Assembly (NCBI RefSeq): GCF_009914755.1
Contig: NC_060926.1
Strand: one strand, 5' to 3'
Length of the DNA stretch: 64,000 nucleotides
Origin: the human T2T-CHM13v2.0 reference genome, Homo sapiens
The translations under genes and the position numbers were made by a program. The notes beneath the pieces were generated by a model. The model searched no databases. It worked only from the letters and a program-made list of their open reading frames with translations, and was not told the origin of the DNA. Of the stretch, positions 56,290-64,000 are shown one piece after another; the stretch's first letter is position 1; every line of letters starts with the position of its first letter.

Positions 56290-56690
56290 TTAGCAAGCAC
56301 TTCTTGAACATTTAGAGTGAGTTAGGCAACAGTGTATAGTGGACTAGACACCGCATACTTAAAATTACCCATTCTATAATCTAGGAAGGTAGTAACACAA
56401 TACATTAAATATATGAAAAACACTAATATGATAAGAGCTATGATAGGCAAATGTGAGAAGTATCGTGGGTGTTGAGATGATGAAGCATTTAATTCTGTCT
56501 GGGGAGAAAACTATGAAAGGAAGGCAATTGCGAGGCTTGCTTGGGGTGAGGAGTAAGTAGACTTTGAAGAGGTGAGCAGGAATGCAAAGGGCATTTTGGG
56601 TAGAAGAAAGAATGTGGGCAAAGTCACCAAGGTATGTACACCAAAGTACAGTCTGTTGTGCCTGGAAAATAGAGGTCTTATTTGGGAAGA
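56290..56690 (-). mobile_element. Degenerate L2 fragment
   Basis: tttagcaagcacttcttgaacattt...ataagagctatgatagg... purine-rich L2-like tract. Boundaries approximate. Confidence 0.5.
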
Positions 56691-57679
56691 ATGGACCTCT
56701 TCACATAAGCTGAAATGATGTGAAACATGTAGTAGCTTTTTTGCTTTAACAACTGTACTTTAAAAATCTTGATTCATTCTTGCCCTTCCATTGCAATTGT
56801 TTTTAAATGAAGGTAAATGATTTCAATCTGGAATACAAGGTTCTTTTCTTTGTTTAGGGTTTTGGGTTTTTTGGGGGATTTGATTTGTTTTTTCAAAAAA
56901 TGCAGTAGACAGATGTTGTCATAGAGTGATTGTAGGGCCATGAGAAGGATTCGTTGAGGATAATTCTCTCCCTGAATCAGGTGCCATCTTGCCTGGGGTC
57001 CAGCCCTATTCCAGGGAACATCTGCTCTGCAACCTGAAGTCAAGCTTTGGGGTTTGGGACCTGGGAGTTGATAATATCCCAGGAGGCCGTACCAAGGGCC
57101 CCGTTAGAAGCATGCAGAGGCAGAAGCCAACATCTGGTCATGATTAATCCTCTCAACACCCTGGACTAATGTGGACTGGCCTTGGGCCACAGCCAGCTAC
57201 CCCTGGGAAAGCCAGCCCACTTTCTCATGCTTCTCTCATATTCTTCAGTGGCTAGTTCAGTTCTTTGCCTTGGCTTTCTTACTTTTCCTCTGTATTCATT
57301 AGAATTTTAGAGGTAACAGGGCAGTTGAGGGGAGGGTTTAACAAAAAATTTGCCAAGCCAGGTGGATTAAGCCACACAACATTGCCAGTAATCATGGCAG
57401 AGGAAGTACCCAGGCACCAGTGAATATACCACAGGGGATGAACTACAAGGTCATTGCACCCCCCAGCAATCATAAATAAGCTTTAGAGGACACATGGAGT
57501 AGCCTACAGCATACATAACGACCCCTCACTCCAAAGAATTATCTGGCCCAAATGTACAATTGTGGAAAGACCCTGGTGTAAATATTTTTTTTTTCAAAAA
57601 TGAGTATCTGTAGCTTTTATTAGATTCTCAAAGGAGTCTAAGAACCCATAAAGGCTAAAAATCACTAGCAGATTGTTTG

Positions 57680-58160
57680 AAAACATGGGCTGCAGAGTGA
57701 CCCAGACCTAGTTCACATCTGCTTTTAGAAACATGACTTGTAACAATTCATTTAACCTCTCTGACTGCAATTTCTTCTTTTATAAAATGGGGGCAGCAAT
57801 CTCAAATATACAGGGTTTCTATAAGGAGTAAATTGTCTGCTACATGTAAAGGGTTTAGCATGATGCACAGAGTAGAAACTCTTTGTCATTAATATAGTGC
57901 CTTTAATAATCTCTAAAAGTCTGAATGTAGAAGCAACGTAGCATAAAGGATTCATGTCATTAACCTGAGAGATGAGGAGACCTGGCTATGACCATACCCT
58001 TTGACAAGTCACTTAATTTCTCTGAGCCTTCATCTTTACATCTCCTAAATAGCAGAGAGTAGCATTTATATCACAGGGTTGCTGTAAGAAATGAATGGGC
58101 AAATATATGCAAAAGACATGCTCAAGGACTAGCCTACATTAGGTGTTCAGTAAAAGGGAG
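57680..58160 (+). mobile_element. Two MIR fragments (~57680-57880 and ~57990-58160)
   Basis: tttaacctctctgactgcaatttcttcttttataaaatgggg and gacaagtcacttaatttctctgagcc...cacagggttgctgtaag. Confidence 0.65.
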
Positions 58161-58501
58161 ATGTCATACTCAAAGGTCTTGTCTCCTGGTCCTCTGTGCA
58201 TCCTACTGTGATAGGACCAGCTAAAGCTGATGAGATTGAAACCATGCCAGGACATGGAGAAGACCTAACCTCATACCAGGTTTTTTCGTTCTAAAGTGCA
58301 CTGAAGAAGTTACATTTTGTCTTTACTCTGTCCTCCTGATTCTTTTTAATATGTTTTCCTTCCCTTTGGGAATTTCCTTTACTCCTTTCTAGCTTGAGGA
58401 TGGAGTTGGTTATGGGGGGATGCCAGAAGCGGGGAACATAATTGAAGTATTTTTGCTTAGGAGTCTGATGGGAGTAATAGAGGAAGAAAAAGGGGTGAGA
58501 A

Positions 58502-58504
<3 letters not shown>

Positions 58505-58543
<39 letters not shown>

Positions 58544-58557
58544 TGTGTGTGTGTGTG
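58505..58557 (+). repeat. Compound (AG)n(TG)n microsatellite
   Basis: About 18 AG units directly followed by about 8 GT units. Confidence 0.95.
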
Positions 58558-59922
58558 AATATTGCAAGCATAACCCAGGTGAAATAAATATCCTAGAATT
58601 ACCAAGCAACATCCTTGAATATTTGAATTCATTTATGTAAAGTCAATTGAAAGTTAATATTCTCATGCCTAAATATTTACTAGAATTTAATATTAATTTT
58701 AAAAACCATAAAAAGCTGATTGTCTTTGTCCAAATTATTCCAAAGCAAATGGGACATACACAATTTTGAGAGAGATTTGATGAGTTTTTGAATAATGAGC
58801 TCCTCATTGAATCAACTTCATTTTAGGTCAAGACTGGACATAGACGTGCATGTATGGATGTCTAGCTAAGTAGGTAGACAGCCTTTTTTTTTTTTTTTTT
58901 CCCTCCTCTGGGTTGCTCTGCCATGCCCCTGCACAGTTTCCTGTCTCCATATCTTCTGTTGTGTGTCTTGATTTTATATTGTCTTCCCTTCCAGGAGATA
59001 TCTGGTAGCATATTGTCCTCTCTGGTTCTGAAAGTCTTTTTTTTCTTGAAGCATTACCCCTTTAGGGGCTTGTCATTGTCATCTATGTAGAATATAGAAT
59101 GGTTTGGTGAATAGGGACGCTGTGGAATTCAGAACTTGGGCTGTTCTGTTCCAATTCTGACCTTAACTAGCTGAACAAGTCTAATATCTGTGGAAGTGCC
59201 TTTTCCTAATAGGTGTTCGATAAATGGTTTCTCATCCTCTTTGGGCATCCCATTATTCATCTGTAAACGGAAGAGGTTGGATGAGATGACCTCTAAGGAC
59301 CCTTCCAGCTCTAAATTCAGTGATTATATTCTAAATGTTAGGACAACATGGTGCTTACTGGCATCGCCATTAATGAAATTACACATCATTTATCTTATAA
59401 AGAAAAAGCACACACCAATAACAACAGACCAGCCAAGCCTGACAGTGAGAGTGTGTGGATTTTTATTGCACCCACAACTCTCTGGTGATGCTTGTGATGA
59501 ATGTGAATGTCTTTGAAAAAAAATTTCAGCTGCCCTGAGGTGACCTGAACTGTCTTTTTGTTTGGGACTTGGTTACAGGAAACATGCCCTACTTCAGTGT
59601 CATTCTGCATGCTTGAGATTTAGAATGTAACTGAAAATAAAAAAATAAAAAATAAAAAGTTTGTGCTTAGTAACTGTTGATAGATTTTACCAAAAGTTCT
59701 CCTATCTTCTTGTCTGTTATCTACCTCTTCACTCTGACGTTGTCTCATACTTCACAGAAAAGGTTCACAAGAGATTACCAGGTGGGATCTCACTCATATT
59801 TCCTTCCCTCCATCTCTAGAGGTTCCCATAAAGCTTCCATCTTTATCTTGTTTCTTCCTGTCGTAGCAGATGAGGTGTCCTGCCAAGACAAAGCACTGCA
59901 AAATCTCAACATTTCCTGTTAA

Positions 59923-60454
<532 letters not shown>

Positions 60455-60785
60455 CGTCATATCCCATTTCATGTAGCCTTATGCTTTTTTGTGCCTCACT
60501 CAAAATTGGATAACAGAAATGAAGAGATTTCTTTCTTGTTTGGCCTTTCCTGTAAATCTCATTTCCGGACTTGCTTCAAATTAGGGTAAAGGTTAAGTGA
60601 AATGGGAAAACAAGAGGAAGGCAGGGGACATTAAGCTCTGAGGAGGCGGTCCACTTAAACGGTTTACATCTCTGACTTGACGCCTTTGTCTATTGATCCC
60701 ATTACCCTGCCATCTCCATTTCTTCCCCGAGTGGGTGTGTCCTCCTATGGGCGGCCCCTGCAATCCCACGTGGCTAACACCCTCT

Positions 60786-60798
60786 CCAGCAGGCGGCG
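60786..60798 (+). promoter_or_regulatory. Candidate CTCF motif CCAGCAGGCGGCG in a locally CpG-retaining patch
   Basis: One mismatch to the CCASYAGRKGGCR core. Motif match only. Confidence 0.4.
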
Positions 60799-61389
60799 TG
60801 GGCAGTGTGTCTTCACCAGGGCATTGGCTCTGGGGAACAGCAGCTCTCACCATGCCCTCCCTTTTCTCCACTATCAGCAGAGGGACTTCCTCGGGCCATC
60901 TGCTACTGCATTAGTCCGAGTTTAACGACCCGTCCGCACAGTTTCCCTCCCAAAGCTGTCTGGTTGGTTTCTATTGTTCATTGTGTGTGTCTGGCTATCT
61001 CATTTCTTTTTTTTTTTTTTTTACTTTTTTTTTCTTTTACATTTCATTCTGTTAATTTGACCACAAATCCCAGATACTTCTCACCACTAGAACTCTTTAA
61101 TATTTTCCTTTCCCTATTTTTGTGTTGCGCAGTTGTAGTCTAGAGACAAGAAACAAAGGGAATTGTCGTGGAAGAACTAAAGAGTCAAGATTCATGGAAA
61201 CCTTTGACTCACTTTCGTGGCCTGGAACAAGTTACATTTTGTGCCTCAGTTTCCTTTTCTGTAAAATGTTTCTGAAAATATAAATCTTAAATTCTTAGGT
61301 TCTGTGAGAATCACTAGAGGTAATTTATGGAAGAATTCTCTGTAAGGGTAAACTGTTACACACCTGCTGTTAATTCTGTTGACTTTATT

Positions 61390-61411
61390 AGCAGCAGCAG
61401 CAGCAGCAGCA
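61390..61411 (+). repeat. (AGC)7 / CAG trinucleotide repeat, intronic
   Basis: agcagcagcagcagcagcagca. Confidence 0.93.
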
Positions 61412-62436
61412 TGATAACATTCGTAATCACAGCTGTGCTTTATAGCAAGCACTTTCTACCTGAGTGTAGAATAGGTAGAGAGCATATCCCCTGAGTCTGG
61501 CTGTCAACATTTCAAGCGTCTTTGCTCCTGGGCTGCCTTTGGGGAAATGCACTGTGGTCCCTTCAAGTTCTGTTCTAGGCAGAGCAGGCATCCCAGTGTG
61601 TCAGCCACTGATCTAGGCCTCTGCTTATGGGGGACTTCTGGCTGGAGATGGTCAGTGCCTCATTCACTCAAAAGTGAATGAGACCACAGTCTGGGCTGTG
61701 TATTCATATGCCGAGGTTCTTTGTGCTTTGTAGTAAGTGGTATTTCTTCCTGAAGATGCTGGTTGAAAGTACTCATTCATCAGAGCCTCTTTGAAAAAAC
61801 CTTGACAATTCTTTTTGTCAAGCTTTTCCACCAGAAGATATCAGGGCGAACTGGCCCTTTTCTACACACCTCTGTGTTCTTTGGCAGACGAGCAACTTTG
61901 TGGTTGTGTTAGACAAAATTATGTGGTTGTTTTTTTTTAGTACTGTTCAGTAGAGCTAGCAATGATATCAGGAGATACATTACTACTGTCAAGCACACAG
62001 CATTTATGCATGATGCCTCTTTGTGCCTGAAAAGGCAAATTCTCCTTTCAAGAGTTGTGACTACCTCCTTTGGTTTCCAAACCCCCTTCCCTTGAGTCAA
62101 CAACATGGTCTCCGCCAGAGCAAATGGCAGAATCAGGTCAGATTAGCATGCTTGCCAAAGATTTAGGTAAGAGGCATTATACAAATGTCTAAATTATTGC
62201 AGCTCAGGACTCTAAGATTTCTAAAAAATACTTTCACACAATTCATTATCACTGGTATTTGTGACTATTTGATAAGCTCCAGAGCCTTTTTCTGCCATGG
62301 AAAATAAATCACTTCTAACAGCTAGGTTTTCTTTTTTTCTTTTTTTCATTTTTAAACTTGAACTTTTCCCCAAAACGCCACATGTCATCACCATACTTTT
62401 CTCTGTTGAATATTGTTTTTCTTTCTTCTGCCTTAG

Positions 62437-62676
<240 letters not shown>

Positions 62677-64000
62677 TAGTATGGCAGCTAGATTCATATC
62701 GAGAAAATATGCCCCAGAAGGGCTTTGATGGGAAACAGGTGGTTGTGTATTTTAGGTATAATAGAAAGGTGTAAAAATGTGCATATAAAGTAAGTCATTT
62801 ATCAGATGTAACAGGTCTATAATTTCTAGTTTTTTCCCCCAGAAATTCCAAGAGCTCTGAACTTGTTCATAAACATCTTTATATACTTTTTTGGTTGATA
62901 TGCTAGCAGTGTCCATACCTTAGAAAGTGTCTAATCACATGTGTACAATGTTTAATGTGGAGATCATTGTAATGCAGTCAGCTCTCTGTATTCTCTTCCA
63001 TAATCTGCATATAAATAATGCAGACCTGAGACTTAACTAATTTAACATTTGATTTATTAAACAAGCTGCTTGCTCATGTTATTAAATAAATGGGAGTCTT
63101 GTTTTTTGAAATCTTTTATTATTTTTTATAAGTTTTTTAAAATATCAAGAATATTTTCACTTACACATGGAGTCTAGGTGTATGATAGCTTTAATAATAA
63201 TATTCCTAACATTATACATATAAACATAAAAATACCTAAAACATTATTTTCTCTTATATGAAGAATAATTATTAAATGCTCATAAAATAATTTTAGAAAA
63301 AGCTAAGAAGAAAAAGTTAATAGTACTGAAAGTTTAGAAAAACATCAGCAAATCACACATTTTGTCATATCAGGATATTCTCTAAGGCCAAATTGTGTTT
63401 GTGTAATAAAATAATATACAAAATTTAAAAAACTATTTAAAAAGCTAATATAAAGTACTAGTTTTAATAAAGAGTTCAGCTTAATAATTGAAAAATGAAA
63501 GCTTTATCAAGTTAATCAAGAGTTAATGGTAGTGGGGCTCATTGTAGTTAAAAGCTTCAGCTCTGGAGTTTCGAATTGCTTGGGTTTCAATCCTAGATTT
63601 GCTATTTCCTGGCTATGTAAGTACATACATAATTTAGTGCTTGGTATTCATAGATGACAGATATTGCTGTCTGTTTTATCCCTTAATGTGTCCTTGGTTT
63701 CCACATGTAGTAGATGCTTGATAAATATTGAGTGAATGAAAATGTCACATCTGAGACTTACTTCATCTCAGAGAGTAAACTTGAGTAGTAAAGTTATATA
63801 CTCTATCTTACTTTATTCTATTATCAGCTACTGGCAAGGAGTAGCTATACCTTTTATGCTCTCCTTTATATAAGCTCGTAGATGTTAAATAAATTTAAAT
63901 TGGCCAATTACTGGAGACTAAATATAATGAACTTATTTTCAACATTTGTGTCTGCTTAAGTGACAGTGTTCCATAAATATTTAATGGGCTTTACTTATGT

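Noticed and set aside
61390-61411. CAG repeat as a possible expansion locus
   Set aside because: Only 7 units, intronic, with no sign of coding context.

Overview
AT-rich human genomic DNA from the interior of PARD3B (PAR3L/ALS2CR19), on the + strand. An AluYb8 element indicates the sequence is human. Seven GT-AG coding exons (3695-3781, 9146-9271, 11816-12174, 14550-14689, 15832-15960, 48948-49133, 62437-62607) splice into one open frame encoding the three PDZ domains; from recollection these are probably exons 6-12. The rest is intron containing Alu, L1, L2, MIR, MLT1 and MER elements and microsatellites. The most striking structure is at 41349-46675. One L1PA5/6-like insertion appears to be spliced in its 5'UTR (SpIRE97/622-type junction), 5'-inverted with a large internal deletion, and carrying a ~440 bp 3' transduction, all inside a single 15-bp TSD. 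About 60 bp further on lies a second, independent 5'-inverted L1PA3-like insertion. Other leads are a TSD-flanked poly(A)-only micro-insertion, candidate UG-repeat (TDP-43-type) cryptic splice sites, a recursive-type AG|GTAAAT acceptor, a tight inverted Alu pair and several perfect hairpins. I see no evidence of a wholly new gene system. Repeat subfamily calls are by eye from recalled consensus sequences.
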